Part shown: piece after piece, positions 20,401-34,011 of the stretch
Layout of the letters: the number at the start of each line of letters is the position of its first letter
Position numbering within the stretch: the first letter of the stretch is position 1
Assembly: GCA_965644295.1 (NCBI GenBank)
Contig: CBFFRP010000213.1
Coordinates: 1 to 43,405 of the forward strand
Origin: Paraphysomonas bandaiensis
Taxonomy: Eukaryota; Protista; Chrysophyceae
Length of the DNA stretch: 43,405 nucleotides
Direction of reading: 5' to 3'
The notes under the pieces: generated by a model
What the model was told of the DNA's origin: nothing
Databases searched by the model: none
What the model saw: only the letters and a program-made list of their open reading frames with translations
Made by a program: the position numbers and the translations under genes

Positions 20401-23011
20401 TATTCCATGCTCCACAAATGTATCGATTTGCTTTTTACAAGCATACTGTCGTACTCGATCCATCTTTCGTGGCGGACCACAATGTTTTGGTTGTTCCCAA
20501 GCATCCCTATCTACCTCTAATTCAAAAGGTGGAACATCCATTGGCATATCCGACACTGTGGTTCTAAATCTATCCTTATAGATTTCATGGATTTCTCTCA
20601 CCCTCCTTTGTAAAGATTCGGGACCAGAGATTTTAGTTGGTAACGTAGTACCTTCTACTTTTTCCTGAGTATTTGTAACTATTTCTTCTGGGATTGACTC
20701 CAGATAGTTATCTCTAATCTCGCCTATATCTTCCTTTTCATATGCACTTATACGCATGGATGATATTGGAGGTGAATACATAGTACTAACCAAGCTATTA
20801 CTTGTAAGTAAATTATTATTATAACTAAGGTGTTCCTTAGCTTGGCGCCTTAATGTTTCCATGTTATTATAACATGTGGCTCTCTCACTAATATGTTCCG
20901 AGAGAAGCTGAGTCTTCTCAGCATGGCCCGCGGCCGTAGCTAGCATTTTCCCTGCTAACTCTCTTTCCATAAAGTGAGATGGAAAATGATCAACTAATCT
21001 ATATTTCTTGATAGTTTCTCTACCAATTATGATATCAAAGGTGCTATCTATTATCAAACATTGCAACTCAATATCAAGAGTATTGTTATACTCATCAGTT
21101 AATCTTATAGTTATTATCATATATTGCTTGCTACTACAACAAGCATTATCAAGCGCACTACAAATTTTAATGTTACACTCGTGCAATGGAATATCTATAC
21201 CTAGCAACTAACATATCAGCAAGTTCTTGGTTAATGAAATTATTCCCAGTAGCCCCCGTGTCCAATAAGGCTTTAGCTCTTAGATTTTCCTTTACCTGTT
21301 GTACATTGACATCAGCTTTAGGATATACAAAGACATCGAGCATATCATTATTCATGTCAATAGCATTTATATATAAACACTTAGGGCATGATAACTTACT
21401 TGTTTTCGATCTTGGAGGACCATCAGGATTCTCCACATAAGGGCAGGTACTCCAACCCATAACCGCATATTTTTTGCCCTGTGTGGAATCTTTCCATGGC
21501 TTCTTTTCATGGTTAGCCCATGCACAGGTTTTGCGGGTGCAGTCACCTTTATGAAGATTACCGCATATCCAACATGCTTCCTTAGTATCAGTTGTTGCTT
21601 TAGTACTTGAGGATGAGCTGGAGGATGAAGTTTTTGTATTCTTAGTCTTGTTAGACTTAGATGTTTCTTTGGAATCCAATTTAGTTTCCATCCTCTTTAC
21701 TTTTCTCACAGCTTGACTATAGTCATTGTTAAGCTCTCGCACCTTTCTACAGAATGCTCCGAAATCTTTTGGTGCAGATTGACCTTGGCCTATATCCGCT
21801 ATAAATTTCTCTTTGGCATCCTTTCTGAAGGAATGTCCGCCCACAAGTTTAATGTTTTTCTTGAGGGTTTTGACTATGGTATCCGAGGCTACCTCTGTGA
21901 GACTTGCCTCCGGAATGAGCTTATAAAGCTCATTCAGACGTCCATATTCTTTTAAGAATACTTTAGGAACATGAATATCCACCTTAACCTTTGGTCCAAT
22001 GATATTATCTATGAACCTAGGAAGAGGCTCCAATGTATCAGAGTATCGCTCCTCTTCCTCTAGAAAGGCTTGCTTTAACCACTGAATCAATTCCTCAGTA
22101 GTTACAATGTTTGGATCTAGCCAGTCCTCGTCAGACTCATCTCCAAAATCCTGCTGTCGCTGAAACTGAAGCATATCACGCACTGTTGGTGCCATGATTT
22201 CTGACCTTATGAATTTTGTCCCTTTAGGATCTCTTTTCGAGAGATTTTCACAAAATTCGATGATATCCTCATCTTGCACACTACCTAAGTAGGGAATAGA
22301 GTCGGTATTGATTACTTCATGTGGAGTGGATTCCGTCGCAATGACTTCATTCAAGTCAATGCGCTCACTCCTGTTGGGGTGCGGATCTCCACTCCTTTGC
22401 TTCTTTCTCTTTGGTTGAGAAGAAGAGAGCTCACGAAATGATACTCCACTCAATTCTCCTTCAGCCTCTACTGATGTCTCAGTTTGAGGAGAAGATTGCA
22501 TTTGAGATGATGTTGTTGCATCTCTTGCTCGTTTTCGAGAGGATTCTCTCTCTCTTTTCGTCTTTTTAGACGAAGAACCCGAAGCAGCTAACAATTCCTC
22601 TATTTGAGGAGCTGCTTTTATTTTGCTTCTCTTACTTTCCCCCATAATATTGTTATATCACAGAGATTGAGTACTACTTATTAAGTAATATTACTGTGGG
22701 CTTGCATACATATGTGTATGTGTGCAAAGCAATACCCAAGTACAGAAGTACAAAATAATGATTATTATCGTATAATGAATCATGAATAATACTGTCTACA
22801 ATATCAACGGCTAATAATACTGTCTACAATATCAACGGCTAATAATACTGTCTACAATATCAACGGCTATTGCTAATCCCAACAATCACATTCCCTACAG
22901 TTTGTATTCCTAACTACATGGTACACGTATACAATACAGTACTGTACTACTAATCATATAATACAGGACATGTACACGTATATATTCTATATGTAAGTGG
23001 ATAGTCCTACA
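17429..23011 (-). mobile_element. Ty3/gypsy element B, copy B2 (full length, 5583 bp)
   Basis: 317-bp LTRs at 17429-17745 and 22695-23011; 4-bp TSD agcc (17425-17428 / 23012-23015); PPT at 17746-17758. Confidence 0.96.
17811..22645 (-). pseudogene. gag-pol: B2 gag-pol, broken by two +1 insertions (~21195 and ~18795)
   Basis: Three ORFs nearly identical to consecutive parts of B1 gag-pol. Extra G in ggtataGatatt and in aaaGgggatt relative to B1. Confidence 0.9.
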
Positions 23012-23219
23012 AGCCTACAGGTGTACCTCTACGTGAGGCCCGCTCTTCGAGTCGCGTGACTCTGAACGTTAAGTCATCTATTCTCGTATCGAATTTCCTT
23101 TCCAAGGCATCGAAACGTGCAAGAATGATTTCGAGCATTGAAGGCTCTAGATCCTCCTTAACACTGCCTTCAGAACCAGAGTGGCTCTTAGGGCTACTCC
23201 TACCAACGGGAGTTTGCAT
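23012..23219 (-). pseudogene. gag: Element A gag N-terminus (coiled coil)
   Basis: ATG at 23219, heptad-like LARFDALERKFDTRIDDLTFRVTRLEE, in frame with 17428 across B2. Confidence 0.8.
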
Positions 23220-23631
23220 CTTCCACCTTAGTTGCTGTTACACTCTTTAGTTTATATACCCACAGAGTGATTATATATATATTGCCTAATGTGGGGTTCT
23301 ATATTTATGCACACCAGCAGATTTTCCACCTCAGAGCTACACAGCTCCCTTGGTTTCAGAGACTAACAAAGATCGACAAGGAGGGAATTTAAATTCGCTC
23401 ACAGGTCTCAATGAAATAACTCAAATCCAGTCCCAAGTCCCCCGGAAGAAACTGACAAATCCACAGACCTGCGTAAGAATCCACCAAGACACCAAGGCAC
23501 CACTCAACACACTGACACAAGACACCCCTGCACAACGCACACAAGCAAGGCACACAGACAGGTCTATCTAAATGATGTGTATCAAGAATTAATTACAAGA
23601 ATTCTTGTGCGAGCAAATAGTAAATATTTAC

Positions 23632-24646
23632 TGTGACGTAACCCGGTTTGAAAACCGAAATCACGGCTCGCAGTATATGTATACCACAAAAACACGCAAG
23701 TGTAATAACAATGTATTATTTATGTTGTGACTACTCTAAGCAATAACCTAATGCCCGGTTAATGATTTCCGCCAGAAATCACCACGCAGGTAACACCGCC
23801 AGTGCAACAAGATCGTTGGCACCAAGCACTTCGGTTAAGCCTAAACAAGTGCATAACACCATAGCATACATGTTACACCCACTCCTACTCCTCAACAACA
23901 TCACAACACCCTGCAACGTCATCACTACCCACAGAAACGTGTTTATTCTATAAACTGAATACACACAGCAACCTAGGAGCAACGTATAACCGCATACTAA
24001 TAGTACACTACATCCTACGTTTTACTTTCTACCTAAATTCCCTTACAAAAACAGTATACCGCCACTTTGGTGTATTTTAGCATTCAAGAACCCAAAATCC
24101 CTAATATCCAGGTTATGCGTAAATACAACCTTGCATACCAGGTATTACATATCACAATTGATTCCCCACTGAGTCTGGTATGAACACTCGTACACCTCGA
24201 GTATATAATATCCATTCTCCGTTGATGTGATATGTACTTGCCCCCCTATAGGGTAGTATGAGTAATGCCAGTACGTATTCCTATGGAAGTATACACTGCA
24301 ACTGCTACACTGGAATACTGACCCACATAACTTTATTATAAATTTGTGGCAGGTTTCACATTGCGTGAAGTCACCATCAGCAGATCATAGTGTACATCAT
24401 CATCGGCAGATAAAGTGGACATCACACCTGAACGTTGATTCCGTGTGTAGGTACATCATAGCTCGTTACCCCATCTTAATGAGTATAACATAGAATATGC
24501 ATCCTAGACATGGTATAGGGTCCTGATGATATAATGTTCTTGATATAGGGTCCTAAGCTAATATCACAGGGTCCTGAATGGGCAATGCATGCAGTTCTGG
24601 TACTATAGCCACGTAGATAGGGCATAGGAAATGCCACGTGGTCACA
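23632..24646 (-). repeat. Element A 5' LTR
   Basis: Direct repeat of 5626-6640. Confidence 0.96.
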
Positions 24647-24650
24647 AGGG

Positions 24651-25283
24651 AGAGGTGAAATAAATATTGTACTTCTTTATTTATGTACTAATCATTCTAT
24701 ATAACAGATTCCTCAGTATGTTTGTTGTTCGAGAAGTTCCTTACAAAATAAAGCGTAGGACCTATACCTCTCTTATTTGCAGCTGTCCGCGGTTTTGGGA
24801 CAATGGTCGTTACTGCTCCCACTCCTCCCTAGCCGTACATCACTTGCGAGGTATGTGTATGTCACTTACACACCCTTACATATTATATTAATTATGTCCT
24901 TAGGGGACATTGATGTAAAGCACATGGCGAGCACTATCAGGCCTGCAAGGAAATGCGGCCGGCCTCGCAATGCAGCTAGGGCACTTATCAACGATGACCC
25001 CATAGATGTGGAGGCCCTTAAGCCAGGGGACTGGAAGAACGCGTATGTTCGCCACCCACAGTACCTGAATGGTATGTGCGTGGATTACCGCGTGGTGCTG
25101 AACCACAGAAATAAAAAAATTCTTCGCTGGCAGTGTCGGTTTTCTGATGCTCCAGACAACATCCTTGCTCATCCGAAGATTGTGGGGTTCAATGCCCATG
25201 AAATGAAGATTGCTGTGGAGCTACACCGGACTTGGTCATCAGAAACAGCCCAATTTGCATTCGACTGTGAAGACGAAGTGTGA
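24651..25283 (+). pseudogene. MULE transposase 3' exons, including a SWIM zinc finger
   Basis: CSCPRFWDNGRYCSH (CxCx9CxH), then an AT-hook-like RKCGRPR. Lies just inside the right TIR. Confidence 0.75.
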
Positions 25284-25324
25284 GGCATATAGAATTTTAA
25301 TTTATGGCTATAGTACGCTCCCCT

Positions 25325-25499
25325 GTTTGACTAGGTGAATACTCAATTCCACCTAGTCAACCTAGTCAACCTAGTCATTGTAAAGTTAAAAATCTAATTA
25401 TTTAATGACTAGGTTTTTAACCTTTTGACTAGGTTATTACTCCAATTTTGGTGTGACTAGGAAATTCCACCAAATTGACTAGGTCGAAAAATACATCCC
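25325..25499 (-). repeat. MULE right TIR plus subterminal acctagtca/tgactagg motifs
   Basis: Reverse complement of 1036-1111; about eight motif copies in both orientations. Confidence 0.9.
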
Positions 25500-25508
25500 T
25501 TTCACTTG

Positions 25509-25805
25509 TCATGCTGTAAGTTGCACAACGTGTCCCCTACATACACATCTATCATATAGCGCCGGTGAGTCCTAGGACACACGACAATGGCGAAACTCGC
25601 AATCAACATCAAGAACGGAAGTGGTCGCACCTTGGTGCTTGCGGCGACGCACAAGCAGCTTCTGTAGCGTTAAATAGTAGGATAATGGAATTTGTGCTGA
25701 TTAGTTATGGGTAGAGGTCTAACTAGTATGTCTAGCATTCAACTAGCCACTATATTGGCACAGGTTTTTAACGCCTATTGCTAAATAAAAAGACTTTCAA
25801 TATAT
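25509..25805 (+). mobile_element. Non-LTR retrotransposon 3'-end remnant
   Basis: 25623-25658 matches the 3' UTR motif of the LINE at 33326-33374. It ends aaataaaaagactttcaatatat, similar to that LINE's aaataatcagactttcatatat. Confidence 0.55.
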
Positions 25806-26564
25806 GCCAAGTACGACCTGTGTTTCTAGGACCATGCAGTTTCATTGGATTCCCTGTGAGATTGTAGCAGTGACTTCGTCGGTCTGTAGAAATTGATGTC
25901 AGTTACTGTAGGCGCCAAGTGCACTGCCAACGCAGATATGTATGCCTTGCAAGGAGAACGAATTTCGGTATCAGGCAGACGCAAATACTATGCTACAAAA
26001 TATATTGTCAAAGTTGGGAATAATAAATAGCTTTGTTATTGCTTACCAAGATGTTCTTTTCTCGAATGTATAAGCCTTTTGAACTGTATATGTCTTTTCC
26101 AGTTACTTAGATTTGTTCAATATGTGGACACAACATTTTCAGATCTCTACGGCCCGTAAAAGCCCAATATTCTGAAAAATTGCAACCCATTCTTGCATTG
26201 TTGTTGTTGCAGACATGTTGATTCGCCATCTCCTAAAATTGTGTAACATAATGATAAAGTGGCTTTTAATGACTGTCAATTTCTTTTCAAACCGAATAAT
26301 GCAGTTGAATGTCTATATTTGCCCAGTGCTAATACGAGCGCTCTGTTGAACATAATTCAGGCCAAAAAACACTTTTTTGAAAGACAATATGGGATACGAA
26401 TTTATATCACGATACAAAGCACAGAAATATATGAAGCTGCATGTATTGCTTTTATTAATTTCGAAAGCACTTGTGTTATACCATAGAATGCAAACATGGC
26501 AGATACAATCAGCAATTGCCAATAGTTCCACATTCTTTGTAAAACGTGTTAGCATTTAAAACAC

Positions 26565-29465
<2,901 letters not shown>

Positions 29466-30424
29466 CTAACAGAGGTAATGAAGAAGCATGGGTAGGTTTA
29501 CCATAGTAGCAGAACAAATCGTTAAATAGCAAAAATTAAAACTACGATTGAAATTAGTTAATTACTACGAAATATCACCACCTACCTAACGAGAGCTGTA
29601 CGGATGATAGTATATGCAATGCAATTGACAGTACAGTAAATAGAAGCAATCCAGCTGTGTATATATTCTGCGTATGGCTTCTCAGCCTCAAAATCCTGTG
29701 CAAGAAGATCAGAAAGCACGAGTAGCACTTAACACATTCTTTCACTGGACGTCTTCTGTCAGTCCATGTACAGAGTAGGATTCCTATATAAACCTGAAAA
29801 TATCTGCTTTTGGTGTCTGTACCGACAATAAAACTTGGTTACTGTGATACAGTTCCAGTAATGTGATGGATTTCTATGCTTAAAAAGTGCACTTTTATAC
29901 TTAAAATAAGGGTTTTTTGGAGTTTAAGCTGTGTAATCTATTTTTCATACTTTTACACTAAAAATTACACTCGTTTGCTATGAGATCCTATCCGCGAAGT
30001 ATGAAAAATAATTTACTCAACTCCAAAAATCTGAGGTTTTAATTTTCATATTTCTTTGGGTTTTAAGGATTTTTGAAATCACTTAATCTTTGTAATACAG
30101 CAGTACCAGTGCTGTACTTTGTAGCAGTATTCCCTACACTCCAGCTGACAGCAGTACACAGTTCTCGTATGTGTGGTGAAATTTTAGTTTTGCTTTCCTA
30201 CCTCTCGTGCAGCAGTGTGTATTGCAGACGGATGGGTCCATTATGTGAGCATAACTCGCTAAACTGTGCATTATTATGCCTCACTGTTAGCGTCAATTAC
30301 AACAACCAAATTAAAAAAATTAAGTAAGTTGCAACGCGAGCATAGCCCGAGCTAATAAGGTGTCGATTATATATTGGTTGCAGATTGAAACTTACGATTG
30401 ACATCGACAATTGCTCTCATTGAT

Positions 30425-31819
30425 ATGGCTAGTCAATCTGCACCTACGGAGCCGGACCAAGAATATCAGAATAGAGAAGCCGCGAGGCAACTTTCTATCA
30501 TTTTAATTAAGCGTGGGGTTAATTGTACGATAATTACAACTGAAGGTTATTCTGTCCCCTCAGTGCTTAGATTAGGTATGTCCAATAAAAATCTGTCGAT
30601 ATTTTGGAGAGCAAAGCCTGAAAAACTTGGATGTGAACTTTGTTTTGTTGAATCTGTGGTTGGCGGGAACGTATTAGGGAAAGTAAATCGAATTCTGGAC
30701 CCGCAGAGATGTATCGGCCTTATTTTTCATGATTTCAAATTGCAACTCGAAACTGTTGATTCTGAAACATGTGCAGCTTTACAGCTTTGTCTGCAAACAC
30801 TATTGGGCGAAGTGAAAGCGACTGATGTTGAGAGAGAGGCAAATTCGTTCATGAAGCGTGTACGAGTCGCTGGGTACCATATATCTATTCAACAGGAGAA
30901 GATATTTCAGTTGCATAAGCACGCAAGTATCAAAGAGGCTGCCTTTCTACTTATCAATTTTTTTGAAAAATCTTACTTTTTCCAAACCAGAAGGGTAGTT
31001 GATAAGTGGATAGATTTTGTGAGGGCAATGAATGCGGACAGTAAAAACAAAGACAAACATAGATGGAGACTACATGCCGTGGCCAATATGGATATTGACC
31101 TGCAAGCATGGTACCATTCCATATTTCACGATCAAGTATACAGGGTGCGGGGTCCTTTTTGGTTTCGCGAGGCCGCCCTTGCCACATACAGACGAAGTTA
31201 CGATTTAGTACATAACACACTAACAGCACTTGAAGAGAATGCTCTCGCACATGTCTTATGTTCGACGGAAACATCATATGGTGATGTTGCCGGTCAAATG
31301 TTTACTGTTCAAGAGATAGTTGAGCCTGACAAATTCTCGCTCTTTCAAAAACTTGCTGCGACGGGAATAACAGTAACTAAGTACCCAAGAATGGGAAGAC
31401 CCGCACGAAAAGTTTTTCGGCTCTCTTTTGTTGAAGGGTTTATATATTTGACGTGGAAAGGACGTTTTGGTAATCAGGGGGTTGAATTAAATCGTGTTTC
31501 TGCATTAAAGAGCGGAATTTGTACGGAAGTTACTCGGAAACAGGGAAAACAGGACAAAGCCGGACAATATCTGTCAGTAATATCTGTTGGGCGTTCATTG
31601 GATCTTTTCTTTGATTCTGTTGAAGAGAGACAGCGGTGGCAGGATTTATTATCTGTCCTTGTTGACAAGGAGTTAGGCCGCCTTGACGTGCTCAAAGTGG
31701 AGAATACTTCGGATGCATCGGAATTTGATAGGTTGGTGACGTATGCATCAATTGGTAAATTACCGGAAAGGTATTACCAGACACATGCGTGGAAAATGTC
31801 AATGGAAGAATCTCCTTGA
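30425..31819 (+). CDS. Protein with two PH-like domains (PLC-PH-like)
   Basis: Uninterrupted 464-aa ORF from the first ATG. The C-terminal GITVTKYPRMGRP...LTW...RSLDLFFDSVEERQRW fits a PH fold, and a similar, weaker repeat sits at the N-terminus. Confidence 0.7.
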   Translation: MASQSAPTEPDQEYQNREAARQLSIILIKRGVNCTIITTEGYSVPSVLRLGMSNKNLSIFWRAKPEKLGCELCFVESVVGGNVLGKVNRILDPQRCIGLIFHDFKLQLETVDSETCAALQLCLQTLLGEVKATDVEREANSFMKRVRVAGYHISIQQEKIFQLHKHASIKEAAFLLINFFEKSYFFQTRRVVDKWIDFVRAMNADSKNKDKHRWRLHAVANMDIDLQAWYHSIFHDQVYRVRGPFWFREAALATYRRSYDLVHNTLTALEENALAHVLCSTETSYGDVAGQMFTVQEIVEPDKFSLFQKLAATGITVTKYPRMGRPARKVFRLSFVEGFIYLTWKGRFGNQGVELNRVSALKSGICTEVTRKQGKQDKAGQYLSVISVGRSLDLFFDSVEERQRWQDLLSVLVDKELGRLDVLKVENTSDASEFDRLVTYASIGKLPERYYQTHAWKMSMEESP

Positions 31820-34011
31820 AGAACTACTAGATTCAGCCTTCGCCTAGTGGAGCAGTGTATTTATAATTTAGCGCAGCTGTACCCTGATTGACACGTATGG
31901 CTGCTGGATGTACGCTATAGTCGCAGTACCATATCACAGTCGTCAATATACTTGATGTTGAAGGTTCTCGTACCCTGCAACGTATTCACTTTACATACTC
32001 CCGTTTAGTTCATTGCCCTAATTTTAAATTAATTATAATTCTCATAGCAATATATTGTTGGAGTATTATTCACGACAGTCGTTCTTGTCTGTTGAGAGAC
32101 TACCACCATAGAAGTCAATATGTTGTAATTGTAGTGTTGTGCTCTAGAGTAGTGTAGTGTGTAGTAGAAGCGAAAAGTGTTGTATTGTGCGATCGGCACA
32201 ACGAACTTACTAATACTCTGAAGAAAATTGAGGTACATATATAATATATATATTATACATGATATATGAATAGATAAGATTTTCACTATACTGTGAGATG
32301 GACTGGGGAAATATGATAAACATAGGATTTGTAGTAGAACTGGTATTCACCTAATGCTATATAAACATTGTGAGGTATACTGAGGATATAGTACTCATGC
32401 TGTTGAAATATGCACGATACTCTCATAAGAGAAATATATATATTAAAGACATTGAAAGAATCATCAATAATGACGAATTCACCGAAAACCTGAAGGTATA
32501 ATATATGTAATAACCAGCTATCGGATTATTTTATAATATAAGCTCTTTATCTTTATTGTATATACTCATGCTTGTACATACTCTATATTAAAATTTGAAG
32601 TAATAATAATATTATTATTAATGTCGGCTCTATGAATCAAGATCTACTGAATAACATGACAATGATATGATAGGCATACTATTGATATGTTATGAATTGA
32701 TATATCACAGATACAGACAAAGAAATAAAAGATATATTATGATGAAAACTATGATTGATGATATTTACAGGACATTATTATAATGACGCGTAAGGCAGAA
32801 GAATTTTACTGGAAAATTCCGGGATCTATATCCAGGTTAATAGATGTGTATTGCCAAATTATCCAGTATTACAGTTGTAGTGTTGTAGTGTTGTTCTGAA
32901 GGGATTGTAGGTTGTAGGAATCCTATATCTCAAGTCTTCTTGCACATATACATACCTATTTGGTGCGTATATAGAACAACATAATATATATTTATATATA
33001 TTATCCATAGTATCCAATGTTAAATATGAAAGATCTGTTTCAATTGGAACACTAATTTTCTTAATTATTTCTTCGCTAGCTAATTTACTGCTAAAATACA
33101 AAAATCCATAATTAATCTTTTAGTTGCATTCAGCTTTTACACTCAATTCAATATATTTTCTCTAAAATCATCTGTATATATATTATATTATATATTATAT
33201 GTTTATTAAATATATGAAAGTCTGATTATTTTTACATGAGTACGGTTGCGTACAGAAACTAGTTTATGTCTATAGACTAGAGCTAATAACTAGATTTGCT
33301 ATATACTACTAGTGGCGGGCAACCGTCTCGGGACTGCTTGTGCATCGCTGCGAGCACCATGGTGCAACCGTCCCTTGTAGTGAGGTTAGTCGGGGGGTCT
33401 ACCTTTGGGCAATGTGTCTGGCGGGCCTGTGCCATGGATTATGTGGGGGGTGGGTGAGGCGAGATGTATATGAGAGTGCAAGTCGGTGGTGGAGATGGTG
33501 CTGGTTGTTGAGGTGGGGTTTCGGCTACAAGTAAGGAGAAGTTGTTTCCGGAGTGGTTGCCCTTGCCTCTAAGTGAACCCAATACATAGCCGGTCAATTG
33601 GCCGCTTCCCGGTCAATTTTTAGATAAGGCTATAATAGTGCTATAGTTGCAAGTATGTATGCGCTGAATATTGTCAGTATATTAAAATTATTTTTTGCAT
33701 TAAAATTTGTCACATATTGAATGTTGAAGTTGAAGTTTTTAACGGTAAATTCAAAGTTTTAAAATCAAAAGTAAATCACTTTATGATGTATCATCTCAAT
33801 GAAATAGTAATTAAAAAAATATATACAAAATAAAATTCATTTGTAATAAAGCTATTACTACAGCCAATATATAAAGATTGATAATATATAAGATACAACA
33901 ACAAAGAACCATCATAATGTAAACCTCTAACCACATAAATAAATGAAAAATTCAAATTCAAATCTACACAATATACAACTAAACAACATAATATATATCG
34001 TGAACAGCCCA

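Larger units (their letters stand above)
5626..24646 (-). mobile_element. Ty3/gypsy LTR retrotransposon A (chromodomain-bearing), carrying two nested insertions
   Basis: 1015-bp LTRs TGTGAC...GTCACA that look identical; 4-bp TSD aggg (5622-5625 / 24647-24650); PPT at 6641-6656; PR-RT-RH-INT order. Confidence 0.96.
1036..25499 (+). mobile_element. Mutator-like (MULE) DNA transposon, inactivated by nested insertions
   Basis: Imperfect ~76-bp TIRs starting GGGAT (1036-1111 / 25424-25499); 9-bp TSD tttcacttg (1027-1035 / 25500-25508); MULE and SWIM transposase motifs inside. Confidence 0.92.

Noticed and set aside
25810-26560. Short ORFs downstream of FAH-MAAI
   Set aside because: Multiple stops and no recognisable motifs; possibly a decayed relic, but unsupported.
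32000-33170. AT-rich tract with coding-like patches
   Set aside because: No sustained frame, termini or motifs that I can support.
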